Notes: a model not told the origin generated them from the letters alone. Positions 1 through 9,567 are shown, counted from the first letter of the stretch. The stretch: 33,439 nucleotides of DNA from Kiritimatiellia bacterium (GCA_017432385.1 JAFRJH010000202.1:1-33439); one strand, 5' to 3'. Numbers and translations: made by a program.

Positions 1-1679
1 CGGCTGTCGCGGGCGAGCAGCACTGGGCCGCGCGTAAACGCCGCGTGATGGCCCACGACATGTGCGACGACCGGCATGTCGAAGGCGATCTCGACGACGT
101 CGCCAAGCTTCCACACGCGGTCCACAGTGAAGTACCCGCCCGGCCGAACGCCGCCGAGCGCCGACCCGTTCAGCTTCACCGCCGTCTTCTCGCTCCACGC
201 CGGAATGCGCAGGCGAACGGCCACAGGCCCTTCGGCATGGCTCACGATGCGGACGAACTCAGCGCGCGGATAGAGCGAATACATGTCGAAGGCGACCTTG
301 CGCCCGTCCGGCAGCGAGCCGTTCACAAGCGCCGAGCCGTAGAAGTTGAACTCCGCCGCACCGTCCTTCACGCGGAAGAACTTCCTGAGGAAGCAGAGGA
401 ACCCCCGCGGGCCGTTCGCCGTGCAGCAGTCGGTGTGCATGAAGCAGTGGTTCATGCCGTGCCAGCGGTTGCCGGAAAGCGGCGTGTAGGCCTCGAACTC
501 GGACCCGTCTGACTTCAGCGCGCCGAGATACGCGTTGTAGAACGTGCGCTCGAGCTGGTCCGCCCACTTCGTGTCGCCAGTGACGTCCAGAAGCTTCTCG
601 CAGAACCTCATCCAGGTCGTCGTCACGCACGTCTCCTGGAGGCGCTCGTAGGGAAGGTGCTGCTTCCCGGCGCCGTGGAACCACGCCTCGGAGCACGCGC
701 AGCCGCCCGCGAGGTTCACCTCCTCCTTCACGATGTCCTCCGCGGTCGTCACCGCGGCCCTGCGGATGTTCTCCAGCTCCTCGCCTTGGGCTTTGAGCCT
801 CGAACATTGGGCTTCCCAATACTCGAGCAGCCCCTGGTAGCAGCTCATCATCTCGTACGCCTTCGAGCGTCCGTGCCTGCACACGTACGCCCACTCGCCG
901 TCAGGCTTGTAGCCCGGGCCGTTCCGGTCGGCGACGGAAACGCCCTTGAGAGCGAGGTCGAGGAGCCTCGGCCCGTTCTCCGGCACGGTCATGCCCTTCA
1001 CGATGTACTCCGCGAAGTCGAGGTACTTCTTTTCCCCCGTCCGGTTGTAGAGCCACACTACGGGCTCGAGGATCGACGAGCTCGCGTAGCCCGACCAGTT
1101 CCCCGTCTGCCACAGCTCGCGCCCGCGCCTCCCGCCGGGCCCGAGCTCCCCTATCACGTAGTCGCAGAGCTTCATCGCGGCGTCCAGGGATTTCTTCGCC
1201 CCATCGCCGTTGCCGGCGTCCTTTGCAAGGTCGTGGTAGTGCAGCAGCCCCATAAGGGTGTACTTCATGCCCCACACATCCCAGCCCTCGCCGCAGCGGA
1301 GCTCGTCGGGGTAGTTGCCGATGTAGCCGTCTTCCTCCTGCGAGGCCAGAATTCTCCCGATGCCCCGCTCGATCTTGGACACGAGTCCTTCTCCAACTCC
1401 AACCTGAGGCTCCAACTTCGCATACGGCACGGCGGAGTGCATCCACTTGCCCCAGAACTCCGTCTGCCACCAGCCCCTCGTCTCGGTCTTCTCGATGACC
1501 GGCGCGGTGATGTAGTCTACGTCCGCCGCCGCAACGTGGCGCGAGACCATCGCGTCAAGCCTGGCGCCGAGGCGTCCCTTGAGGCGGACGGACCCGATTC
1601 CGTCGAGGGCATCCGCGGCTGCGATGTGCGCGCATACGGCCGCGAGTGCCAGCGATGCTGTTGTTGTCGGCAGACGCAT
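1..1679 (-). CDS. GH127-family beta-L-arabinofuranosidase-like protein, secreted; 3' end runs off the window
   Basis: Not in the ORF track; translated by hand from ATG 1679 (RBS AGGAGG overlaps the upstream stop at 1681-1689). MRLPTTTASLALAAVCAHIAAA signal peptide, then WQTEFWGKW, DGYIG, KAYEMMSCYQGLLE, QETCVTTTWMRFCEKL, ERTFYNAYLGAL, HTDCCTANGPRG. The ETC and CC motifs are typical of GH127/GH146. Confidence 0.85.
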   Translation of the reverse strand, partial: MRLPTTTASLALAAVCAHIAAADALDGIGSVRLKGRLGARLDAMVSRHVAAADVDYITAPVIEKTETRGWWQTEFWGKWMHSAVPYAKLEPQVGVGEGLVSKIERGIGRILASQEEDGYIGNYPDELRCGEGWDVWGMKYTLMGLLHYHDLAKDAGNGDGAKKSLDAAMKLCDYVIGELGPGGRRGRELWQTGNWSGYASSSILEPVVWLYNRTGEKKYLDFAEYIVKGMTVPENGPRLLDLALKGVSVADRNGPGYKPDGEWAYVCRHGRSKAYEMMSCYQGLLEYWEAQCSRLKAQGEELENIRRAAVTTAEDIVKEEVNLAGGCACSEAWFHGAGKQHLPYERLQETCVTTTWMRFCEKLLDVTGDTKWADQLERTFYNAYLGALKSDGSEFEAYTPLSGNRWHGMNHCFMHTDCCTANGPRGFLCFLRKFFRVKDGAAEFNFYGSALVNGSLPDGRKVAFDMYSLYPRAEFVRIVSHAEGPVAVRLRIPAWSEKTAVKLNGSALGGVRPGGYFTVDRVWKLGDVVEIAFDMPVVAHVVGHHAAFTRGPVLLARDS

Positions 1680-1680
1680 G

Positions 1681-4443
1681 TTACCTCCTGATGCGGTAGA
1701 CGTGGCGGAAGTGCGCCGGGTACGAATCGGAGAACTCGCCGTTATCGAAGGCGATCGTGCGGTTTTCGTAGAGCACCTCTACGACGCCCCTGCGCGGCGC
1801 CTCCGGCGGGAGCGTGAACGCAACCTTCCCGAGCGGCGAGGCGTCGATGTTGCATGTGAAGAGGTACCAGTCGTCGCCGCACTTGGACGTGCGGTGGCGG
1901 ACGAGCTCGGGTCCGACGGAGGCGCGCGCCGGCTCGCAGAGCTCCTCGGAGAGGATGTAGTCCTTGAGCTCCTGGACCTCGCGGTTGAAGTCCACCATAG
2001 CCTGCCAGTTCGCCTTGGACCCGACCATGTTGATGAACCACGTCACGCCCGAGCACCCGGCGCAGATCGCGCCCCAGCTCTGGGCGGTCTGCTCGCCGTA
2101 CGACGGCTGCTTGTAGTGGATTGAGTTCATCCCGGCGAGGAAGAACCAGCAGGGAACGCCGGGACGCGCCTTGAGCATCTCGTCGACGTTGCGGAGAACC
2201 TGGTCGACGGTGTTGAACTCCGCCGCGGTGAGGTAGGCGTCGAGCATGAATATGTCTGTCCTGAGGTCGGCGAACCTGCTCGGGAACCCGAACGTCGTGT
2301 TGTTCATCTGCACCGGCGTGTAGGGGAAGTGCTTCTTCTCCTCGATCATGAAGTCGCGAACCTCGTCGCTGGGGCGGGCGAGCTCGGGCTCGTCCGTCGC
2401 GACGCGGCTGATGATGTTGTCGTAGTGCATTAGCCGCGCACGCGTCTCGGCGCGCGTCTCGGTCTTGCCGTCCTGGTCCCCTGTCCAGAGGATGAAGTCC
2501 ATGCCGATGCCGCGCCCGTAGTCGAGCACGTCGACCGCCATGTCGGTGAGCTGCCTGTCCGAGAACGTGCAGAGGTGCGCATAGCGGAACCCGCGCTTCC
2601 TCATGATCTCGAGCTGCTCGTAGCGTCCGTTTTTGTTCTTGGGGTTTTCGCGGTTGAGAAGGCAGTTGGACGCCATCAGGACCTTCTCGCCGTTGTGGAT
2701 CACGGAGCGCGTGAAGCGGTTCACCTGCGTGGCTCCCTTCCAGAACGGAAGCTTCACGACCTCTACGGGCCAGTCGCGGCCGTGCGCCCGCACCGTGGCG
2801 GCGTTCGTGCCGCACGCCATCTTCGTGATGTCGAGCGAGACCTCCTCGAGCCTGCCCTGCTCGTCCCAGATGCGCCAGCGCGCCTCGGGCTCGTTCATGT
2901 AGAAGTCGAGCCTGCCGAGCACGACGGGCTTCGACTCCGACTTCTTCGCCGCCGCTACGCGCGACCACTTCTCGTAGACGTCCGCCGGCAGGTCGAGCGA
3001 CGCCCAGTACGCGTCGTCGCGGAAGTCGCCGCCTTTCGTGTAGGAGGTGCCGGGGCACTGCGGGTTCACGCTGTGGCGGTCGTTGCGCCCGAGGTTGAAC
3101 AGCCAGCGCCTGTCCATCCCGTTCTCGGCGATGTCGGCGAATGGAACGGTGACGAGGTACTCCACGGCGCCGCCCGCGTCGCGCGCCTGGACGGTCCAAG
3201 TCCCGTCCCACGACTTGTTCTCGCCGTAGGCGTCCGCGCGGCACCCGTTGGGCGCGCAGAAGAAATGGTAGTTCTTCTTCTCCTCCGTCGGGCGGAGGAG
3301 TATCTCCACGGAGTCGTTCATGCAGATCCCGGTGTCGTCCTTGAAGTACGGCTTGTGCGCGAGCTGCGAGGCGTCCTCGCCGAAGTTGCGGAAGCCTATG
3401 TAGAGCCTGTCGTCGTCGCACGCGAGGAACGCCTGCGTGCGGTTGAGCGGCTCCTGGCGCTTGATGTAGAACCTGCCGGCGTCCGCGGCGAACTTCTCCC
3501 ACGACGCGACGTCGACCGACGGCTTCACGCCGGAGGGGAGCTTCTTCACCTGCACGGTCGGCGGACGCTCCGCCTTCTCCTGCTTCCCGAAGCGCGACGA
3601 GTCGAGGTCGCTCGGGCGCCATTCGGTGGCCTTGTCGCCGAACTCGAGCTGGAGGTCGTCGAGCCAGATGCGGCCGTCGTACTTCCCGGGCTCGCGGACG
3701 CTGAAAGTGACGGGGCTGAAGATGCCAGGCGCGGGCATGTTGGTAGTCGACACCTCGTAGCGCGCCCATTCCGTCGTCAGGTCGAACGTGCGCCTGTCTC
3801 GCCCAAGCTCGACCGTGATCTGCATTCCGGGCTTGTCGGCCTTCATCCAGCCGGTGAATACGCCGTGGGCGCCCTTGCGGGTCGCGGTGCGCCAGGGGTA
3901 GAAGCTCAGCTGCCCCCAGAGGCCGTTCACGACGAGCCTGAGCGACTGGCTCCCGGAGTGCTTCTCGGCGGCGTCGACCTCGAAGCTTTCCGTCCACTTC
4001 TCGTACTCCTCGCCCGTGCGCTCGCGCCAGTTGAAGCTGCCGCGGTTGCAGTAGTACGGGGGAATGCCGTCCTCCGAGTGCTCGAAGCCGGAGTTGACGA
4101 TGAGGTTCGGGGATGCGTTCGCGTCCTCGGGAAGCGACACGACGACGTCGTCGACTATCCTGGCCTGGCCGCGCGCGGCGAACACGACGGCAGGGCTCTT
4201 CGCGCGTTCGCACTCGACGCGGTTCGGCCTGCGCTCCTCGCCCTCGACCCACTCCAGGACGTACTTCTCCGGCACTGCGCCGCGCCAGGTCGCCTTGGCG
4301 CCAGGCATCACGACGAGCCGCCCGCCTTCGCTCCTGATCTCGCCGTCCGCCTTCCAGTGCTCGGCGAGAGTCTGGTTCGTGGCGAAGTCGTCGGTGAACA
4401 CACTCATCGCGGCGGCAAGGGCAAACATGGATGCTATCGGCAT
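1681..4443 (-). CDS. Secreted multidomain carbohydrate-active protein: CBM4/9-like domain, CBM9/DOMON-like domain, C-terminal putative glycoside-hydrolase barrel
   Basis: 920 aa ORF with signal peptide and RBS GAGGAG. NLIVNSGFE...KHSGSQSLRL...LTTEWARY...WLDDLQLE is CBM4_9-like. TQAFLACDDDRLYIGF...NDSVEILLRP...VPFADI...FNLGRN is CBM9-like. ATDEP and VQMNN resemble clan-A TIM-barrel hydrolases. Family not assignable. Confidence 0.65.
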   Translation of the reverse strand: MPIASMFALAAAMSVFTDDFATNQTLAEHWKADGEIRSEGGRLVVMPGAKATWRGAVPEKYVLEWVEGEERRPNRVECERAKSPAVVFAARGQARIVDDVVVSLPEDANASPNLIVNSGFEHSEDGIPPYYCNRGSFNWRERTGEEYEKWTESFEVDAAEKHSGSQSLRLVVNGLWGQLSFYPWRTATRKGAHGVFTGWMKADKPGMQITVELGRDRRTFDLTTEWARYEVSTTNMPAPGIFSPVTFSVREPGKYDGRIWLDDLQLEFGDKATEWRPSDLDSSRFGKQEKAERPPTVQVKKLPSGVKPSVDVASWEKFAADAGRFYIKRQEPLNRTQAFLACDDDRLYIGFRNFGEDASQLAHKPYFKDDTGICMNDSVEILLRPTEEKKNYHFFCAPNGCRADAYGENKSWDGTWTVQARDAGGAVEYLVTVPFADIAENGMDRRWLFNLGRNDRHSVNPQCPGTSYTKGGDFRDDAYWASLDLPADVYEKWSRVAAAKKSESKPVVLGRLDFYMNEPEARWRIWDEQGRLEEVSLDITKMACGTNAATVRAHGRDWPVEVVKLPFWKGATQVNRFTRSVIHNGEKVLMASNCLLNRENPKNKNGRYEQLEIMRKRGFRYAHLCTFSDRQLTDMAVDVLDYGRGIGMDFILWTGDQDGKTETRAETRARLMHYDNIISRVATDEPELARPSDEVRDFMIEEKKHFPYTPVQMNNTTFGFPSRFADLRTDIFMLDAYLTAAEFNTVDQVLRNVDEMLKARPGVPCWFFLAGMNSIHYKQPSYGEQTAQSWGAICAGCSGVTWFINMVGSKANWQAMVDFNREVQELKDYILSEELCEPARASVGPELVRHRTSKCGDDWYLFTCNIDASPLGKVAFTLPPEAPRRGVVEVLYENRTIAFDNGEFSDSYPAHFRHVYRIRR

Positions 4444-4487
4444 TTCTCGCTCCTCGGTAGAATGGATGTTACGCAGTTTTCGCCGTT

Positions 4488-4535
4488 ATTATATATCCAG
4501 TACCTCAATCAGGCAATCCCTACAAAAGTAGGGAT
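4488..4535 (-). promoter_or_regulatory. Palindromic operator plus sigma70-like promoter P1 (920-aa gene and GH127)
   Basis: ATCCCTAC-AAAA-GTAGGGAT at 4516-4535; - strand TTGCCT (4516-4511), 17 nt, TATAAT (4493-4488). Confidence 0.85.
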
Positions 4536-4540
4536 GACGG

Positions 4541-5665
4541 TCACACCTTGAGGAAGGTGTTCTTGCGGTAGAGGAAGTAGAGGAAAAGCCAGCAGACGAC
4601 GACGTAGCCGAGATTCATCACGACGGCCTTCAGGTCGCCCAACGAACCGGGCAGGTTCCGCCACGACCATCCAAACAGAAAGTCGTTCGCATGGCCCGCC
4701 CCGATCACCTCCTGCGCCATGTAGATGGCGATGGAGTTCATCCCGATCACCTTGAGGGGGAACGCCCACTTCGAGCAGCCCAGGACATCCATGACGGCGT
4801 AGAACGCGAGGAAGAGGAACGTCGAGTACGCGCCGACGACAAGGACGAAGCTCGGCGACCACAGCGCCTTGTTGACCGGGCAGAACGGCGAGAGCGCGAG
4901 TCCTAGGGCCAGGAGCCCCGCGCCCGCCGCCGCGAGATCGAGGCACTTGCGCTTCGGCAAGACGCCGCCGCGGCGGACAAGCTCTCCCGCGAACATGCCG
5001 AGCATCGCCGTGACGACGGCCGGCACAAGGCCGGCGAAGCCCTCGGGGTCGAACAACGGCCGGTAGATGTGTCCGGCGGTGAGCGTGCGGTCGAGCCAGC
5101 ATCCGAAGTTGCCCTCCGGCGAGAACGGACTCGCGCCGGGCGGAGCGTCTGGCGCCAGGACGAAGCGCGTGAAGAGCGCGACGCCCGCGAGGATCGCCGC
5201 GGCGATTCCGATGCGCGCCTTCGTCCTGAACCTGAGGTAGAGCGCGGCCGCGGCGAACCAGGCCACGCCGATGCGCCCGAGGACGCTCCAGACGCGCAGA
5301 TGCGCGAAGTCGAAGCGGAGAAGCGGCCCGTCGTGCACGAGCCCCAGAAGGACCAGGAGCGCGCAGCGGCGCAGCGCCTTGAGCGCGATCTGGAGGCCCG
5401 TCGCCCCCTTTTCGCGGCTCTTCGCCGCCGAGAACGGGAATGTCACCCCGGAGAGGAAGAGGAAGGTCGGAAAGACCGTGTCCATGAAGTGGAGCCCGTC
5501 CCACGGAACGTGTCCGAACGACTCGCGGAAACCGGAGATCCCGAACAGCGACGCAATGGCTACGAAGAGGCCTTCGCCGCCCATGATGAAGAACATGTCG
5601 AATCCGCGCACGGCGTCGAGCGACGCCAGCCGTCCCGATCCCCTCGCCTCAGTCGTCCCTTCCAT
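4541..5665 (-). CDS. NagX / heparan-alpha-glucosaminide N-acetyltransferase-like (DUF5009-type) multi-pass membrane protein
   Basis: RLASLDAVRGFDMFFIMGG, HVPWDGLHFMDTVFPTFLF, SVLGRIG, FDPEG, NKALWSPSF, GMNSIAIY; many hydrophobic helices. Start placed at ATG 5665 (5683 is an alternative); the ORF-track start at 5746 overlaps the upstream gene. Confidence 0.85.
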   Translation of the reverse strand: MEGTTEARGSGRLASLDAVRGFDMFFIMGGEGLFVAIASLFGISGFRESFGHVPWDGLHFMDTVFPTFLFLSGVTFPFSAAKSREKGATGLQIALKALRRCALLVLLGLVHDGPLLRFDFAHLRVWSVLGRIGVAWFAAAALYLRFRTKARIGIAAAILAGVALFTRFVLAPDAPPGASPFSPEGNFGCWLDRTLTAGHIYRPLFDPEGFAGLVPAVVTAMLGMFAGELVRRGGVLPKRKCLDLAAAGAGLLALGLALSPFCPVNKALWSPSFVLVVGAYSTFLFLAFYAVMDVLGCSKWAFPLKVIGMNSIAIYMAQEVIGAGHANDFLFGWSWRNLPGSLGDLKAVVMNLGYVVVCWLFLYFLYRKNTFLKV

Positions 5666-5693
5666 CTGGTCGCCCTTTCCCATCGTCAGTGGT

Positions 5694-7469
5694 TTACTCG
5701 ACGACGATCTGGTAGAAGCACGTCGGCTCGTTCGGGTCGCGCGCAATCGTGAAGAGCAGTTCGCCCGCGCTCGCCGCAGGGGAGTCCATGGGCACGACCT
5801 GCGCGTCCTTCAGCCCTTCGAGGGTCGTCGACTTCCTGTAGCCGTAGAGTCGGCCGGCGAGGGCGTTGTCGATCGTGATCTTGATTCCGCCGCTTCCGTT
5901 GTCAAACCCGCTGATCGAGGGCTTGTAGCCTTCGGGGAGGGGGCCTGCCGGATCGACGGGGCCGTCGGAAGCACCGAACTCGCCCTGGTAGCAGCCGATG
6001 TCGACCTTGCCGTTGTAGAGGCGCGCATGCCCAGCCAGGTCTGTGGCGTCGTACATCCATTCGAGGACTACGCCGTGCGCGTTCAGCACCGAGCCGTCGT
6101 CAGGGCGGAAGTCGCCGTTCGCATAGTCCGCGAACTTGATGCCCTCGGCGTCGGCGCGGCAGGAGAGGTTGGAGCTGACGCCCGTGGCGTCGACGTTCGC
6201 GACAGCCATCAGGCCGGGATTCTCGGACACGTGCTGGAACACGCAGTTCGCGATCTGGACTCCAGCAGGAAGGCCGCTGTAGTGGAAGGCGATGCCGTAT
6301 CCGCCCTGCGTTATCCTTGCGCCGTCGCACGTCCATTCCGCGTTGCCCCAGAACACGCAGTTCTCAAGCAGCGGGGTCATCGAGTCGGCCTTGCAGAACA
6401 CGCCGCCGGCGTTGTCGACGAAAGTGCAGTTCACATAGGTGTCCGAGCCGAACAGCTGAATGGGAAGCTTGTTGCCGATGAAGAGCGTGTTGCGGCACTC
6501 TGGCGAGGACTGGGGATTGACCCAGGGGCGCGTCGAGATTCCGTTGACGGCATTGATGGCGTCGATGGCATCACCGCCCGCGACGAGGGCGTCGTACTTC
6601 GCCTTCGCCGTCCCATAGCAGTTGGAGACGACGCAGCGGTCGATGACGGAGCAGGCCTCTCCTACGAGCGGGCCCTCGCCGATGCCGGCGAACACGCAGT
6701 CCTCGACAAGGAGATGCGCCCTTCCGCCGGACTGCGACATGCAGATGATGCCGGTGGAAGTAGGCAGCGCCGCCAGTCCCATGTTCGAAAACACGCAGTT
6801 GGAGACGACCGACGAGCTGTGCAGCATCACGACGCTCCAGGCCTGACGCGTACAGGAGTCAAACGTCGAGTTCTCCACCCAGAAACTTCCGCAGACCGCG
6901 CCGCCCTGCGAAACAGTGTTGTCGCCGTGCGAACCGCAGGCCGTGAAGCCGCAGCCCGTGATGATCGGATATGCTGCGCGTTCCTCGATTCCGCCGCTGC
7001 CGACGGACGCGCCGTCGGACGTCGCAAGCGCGCCGGCGCGCTTGCCGTGGCAGTTTACGAACTCGCAGTCGCTGATCTCGAATCCGGACATGCCGCCGTT
7101 GCTCGACGAGACGTATACCGGGGCGTTGTCCGCGACGTCGGAGGCGTTCTGGAACGTCAGCCCCGAGATCTTGACCCCGGCCGCCTTCACGTAGAAGACC
7201 GCCGTGGAACGCGCCGGGCTCGCGGTCGCGCCGCCGTCGAGGATCGTCTGCCCCTTGCCGGCGCCGGCAATCTTGACGCCCTTCTCGACCGTGAGCTTGG
7301 CAGTGACGTCGTACGTCCCGGCGGCGAGGGTGATCGTGTCGCCGTCGCCCGCATCTGCCACCGCGGCGGCAAGGCCCGCAAAGTCGCTGACAGGGAAATC
7401 CGCGGCCATGGCGGCCGTCGAAATGCCCGCGGCAAGCGCGGTCCGAAGAATCAGTCTGCTTGTTTTCAT
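5694..7469 (-). CDS. Secreted right-handed beta-helix protein with choice-of-anchor-Q-like motif and shared CFYQIVVE C-terminal domain
   Basis: Start ATG 7469 (MKTSRLILRTALAAGISTAAMA, RBS AGAGGG). DGDTITLAAGTY...GAGKGQTILDG; repeated xNCxF/xDCxF beta-helix rungs; DLAGHARLYNGKVDIGCYQ; conserved C-terminal domain. Confidence 0.75.
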   Translation of the reverse strand: MKTSRLILRTALAAGISTAAMAADFPVSDFAGLAAAVADAGDGDTITLAAGTYDVTAKLTVEKGVKIAGAGKGQTILDGGATASPARSTAVFYVKAAGVKISGLTFQNASDVADNAPVYVSSSNGGMSGFEISDCEFVNCHGKRAGALATSDGASVGSGGIEERAAYPIITGCGFTACGSHGDNTVSQGGAVCGSFWVENSTFDSCTRQAWSVVMLHSSSVVSNCVFSNMGLAALPTSTGIICMSQSGGRAHLLVEDCVFAGIGEGPLVGEACSVIDRCVVSNCYGTAKAKYDALVAGGDAIDAINAVNGISTRPWVNPQSSPECRNTLFIGNKLPIQLFGSDTYVNCTFVDNAGGVFCKADSMTPLLENCVFWGNAEWTCDGARITQGGYGIAFHYSGLPAGVQIANCVFQHVSENPGLMAVANVDATGVSSNLSCRADAEGIKFADYANGDFRPDDGSVLNAHGVVLEWMYDATDLAGHARLYNGKVDIGCYQGEFGASDGPVDPAGPLPEGYKPSISGFDNGSGGIKITIDNALAGRLYGYRKSTTLEGLKDAQVVPMDSPAASAGELLFTIARDPNEPTCFYQIVVE

Positions 7470-7514
7470 GGCTGTATGCCCTCTGTTTGTTCCCGCGAGT
7501 CCGTTTGCGGTTAA

Positions 7515-7560
7515 ATTATCGCAAATATGCCGTTTTCCCACAATCCCTACAGATGTAGGG
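7515..7560 (-). promoter_or_regulatory. Palindromic operator plus promoter P2 (beta-helix gene and NagX-like gene)
   Basis: CCCTAC-AGAT-GTAGGG at 7545-7560; - strand TTGTGG (7543-7538), 17 nt, GATAAT (7520-7515) preceded by TGn (extended -10). Confidence 0.75.
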
Positions 7561-7590
7561 GTTCTGTGACTGGCACGCGTATGGTAAAAT
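7545..7590 (+). promoter_or_regulatory. Divergent promoter P3 for GH92, sharing the same operator; probably leaderless
   Basis: GTAGGG-G-TTCTGT (7562-7567), 17 nt, TAAAAT (7585-7590) preceded by TGn; ATG at 7597 with no Shine-Dalgarno. Confidence 0.7.
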
Positions 7591-7596
7591 GAAGTC

Positions 7597-9564
7597 ATGA
7601 AAAGATGGTCTGCCATAGGTCTCGCCCTGCTTCTGGCCGTCGGGGCGGAATCATCGCACGGCGAAGACGCCGCGTCGGAGATGGACGTCGCCGACCTCGT
7701 CGACCCAATGATCGGCACAGTCGGCACGGGGCATGTCTTCCCGGGGCCGTGCCGCCCGTTCGGAATGGTCCAGCCCTCGCCGGACACGGGAAACGGCTCC
7801 TGGACCTACTGCTCCGGCTACTGCGGCAACGACAGGGCGATCCGCCGCTTCTCCCAGACGCACCTCAACGGCACCGGGCAGGCCGCGCTCGGAGACGTCG
7901 GCTTTCTGCCTTTCTCTTCCGAGCCGCCAGGCGACCCGCGCGACGCCGCGCTCGCATTCAGCAAGGATCGCGAGCGCGCCTCGCTCGGCAAGTACGATGT
8001 CGCGGCGGAGGACGGGACCCGCGTCGAAATCGCCGCCGGACGACGTCTGGCGCATTACCGCGTCACTTTCGCCGCGGGATGCCCAGGCAAGGTTCTCTTC
8101 GACTTCCCCTACGGGCTCTACCGGCACGAACGCTATCTGCCGCTTCTGACGACGTCGTGCAAGGTCGAGCGCAAGTCCGCCACGACGTTCGAGGGAATCA
8201 ACCATTCCGACATATGGTGTCCGCGCGACATCGCCTATGTCGTCGAGCTCTCGCACGCACCCGCGTCGTGCCGGCGGCTGGACGGGCATGGCGCGGACAA
8301 AGGGCCGCAGTACCTCCTGGAGTTCGCGCCCGGAACAAGGCTGGAGATACTGGTCGCGCTCTCCGCGAGCGCCATCGAGGGCGCACGCCGGAACCTCGCC
8401 GCGGAGCGCGCGGCCGGATTCGACGAAAGGGTCGCCGAGACACGCGCGGAATGGCGCCGCTACCTGGGGAGGATCGACCTCTCCGGACGCGGAGCCGACG
8501 AGCGGAAGGCCCTCGCCACGGCCATGTACCATCTCTGCGTCCAGCCGAACCTGGTGTCCGACGACGGCGAAGCGCCGCGCTACTCTACGTTCTCGCTGTG
8601 GGACACGTTCCGCGACGCGCACCCCCTGTACGAACGGCTCGTCCCGGAGCTTGTCCCCGACTTCGTAAACTCCCTTCTCGCGCACTATCGCCGCTGGGGG
8701 TACCTTCCGCGGTGGGAGCTGTGGGGCCGCGAAACCAACTGCATGATCGGGTCGCACGCCGTGCCAGTGGTGGCGGACGCCATCGAACACGGCTTCGCGG
8801 GAATCGACGTGGACGAGGCGTACTCGGCGGTCAGGGCGACGCTCACGCGCGAGGAGCGGCCGGGCTCGGGGACGATGTCGGCAAGGCGCACCGACTGGTC
8901 CGTCTACGACAAGTACGGCTACTACCCCTGCGACCTCGTTCCGTGGGAAAGCGTCTCGCGGACACTGGAGTGCTGCTACGACGACTTCCGCGCGGCGCGG
9001 CTCGCGCGGCGCCTCGGCAAGGCGGAGGACGCCGACTTCTTCGAACGGCGCAGCTGGAGCTTCACCAACCTATGGGACGCGGCCTCGCTCTGCTTCAGGG
9101 CAAAGGACTCGCGGGGGCGCTGGCACGTACCGTTCGACCCGGCCAACTGCAGCCTGACGCACAACTACACGGAGGGCAGTCCGCTCCAGTATTCATGGTA
9201 CGTCATGCACCGTCCGGCATGGCTCATCAAGGCAATGGGCGGCAAGGAGGCCTTCGAGGACCGGCTCGACGCATACTTCGCGGGGACGCTCTGCCCGGGG
9301 TCGCCGAGAAACTACATCCAGGACGTGACGGGGCTCGTCGGCGACTACGCGCACGGCAACGAGCCAAGCCACCACGTCACGTCGTTCTACCGGCTGATCG
9401 GAAGGCCGGAGAAGGCGGCGGCGCTCGAGAAGCGCATCATCGCGGAATTCTACCGCCCGCGTCCTGACGGCCTGTGCGGCAACGACGACTGCGGACAGAT
9501 GAGCGCCTGGCTCATCCGCACGGCATTCGGATTCAGGACGACCACCTCGTCGCTGAAATACTGA
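7597..9564 (+). CDS. GH92 alpha-mannosidase (appears C-terminally shortened)
   Basis: VDPMIGT, GHVFPGPCRPFGMVQPSPDT, FSQTHLNGTG, YSTFSLWDTFR, ETNCMIGSH, SVSRTLECCYDD, YTEG, YAHGNEPSHH, GLCGNDDCGQMSAW; signal peptide. Confidence 0.92.
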   Translation: MKRWSAIGLALLLAVGAESSHGEDAASEMDVADLVDPMIGTVGTGHVFPGPCRPFGMVQPSPDTGNGSWTYCSGYCGNDRAIRRFSQTHLNGTGQAALGDVGFLPFSSEPPGDPRDAALAFSKDRERASLGKYDVAAEDGTRVEIAAGRRLAHYRVTFAAGCPGKVLFDFPYGLYRHERYLPLLTTSCKVERKSATTFEGINHSDIWCPRDIAYVVELSHAPASCRRLDGHGADKGPQYLLEFAPGTRLEILVALSASAIEGARRNLAAERAAGFDERVAETRAEWRRYLGRIDLSGRGADERKALATAMYHLCVQPNLVSDDGEAPRYSTFSLWDTFRDAHPLYERLVPELVPDFVNSLLAHYRRWGYLPRWELWGRETNCMIGSHAVPVVADAIEHGFAGIDVDEAYSAVRATLTREERPGSGTMSARRTDWSVYDKYGYYPCDLVPWESVSRTLECCYDDFRAARLARRLGKAEDADFFERRSWSFTNLWDAASLCFRAKDSRGRWHVPFDPANCSLTHNYTEGSPLQYSWYVMHRPAWLIKAMGGKEAFEDRLDAYFAGTLCPGSPRNYIQDVTGLVGDYAHGNEPSHHVTSFYRLIGRPEKAAALEKRIIAEFYRPRPDGLCGNDDCGQMSAWLIRTAFGFRTTTSSLKY

Positions 9565-9567
9565 AGC

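Noticed and set aside
7470-7787. N-terminal extension of the beta-helix ORF to 7787 (and ORF-track starts at 5746, 13666, 17535, 28228, 32939)
   Set aside because: The extensions overlap promoters or neighbouring genes, or lack a well-spaced RBS. The downstream ATGs have an RBS and, for the secreted proteins, begin with signal peptides.
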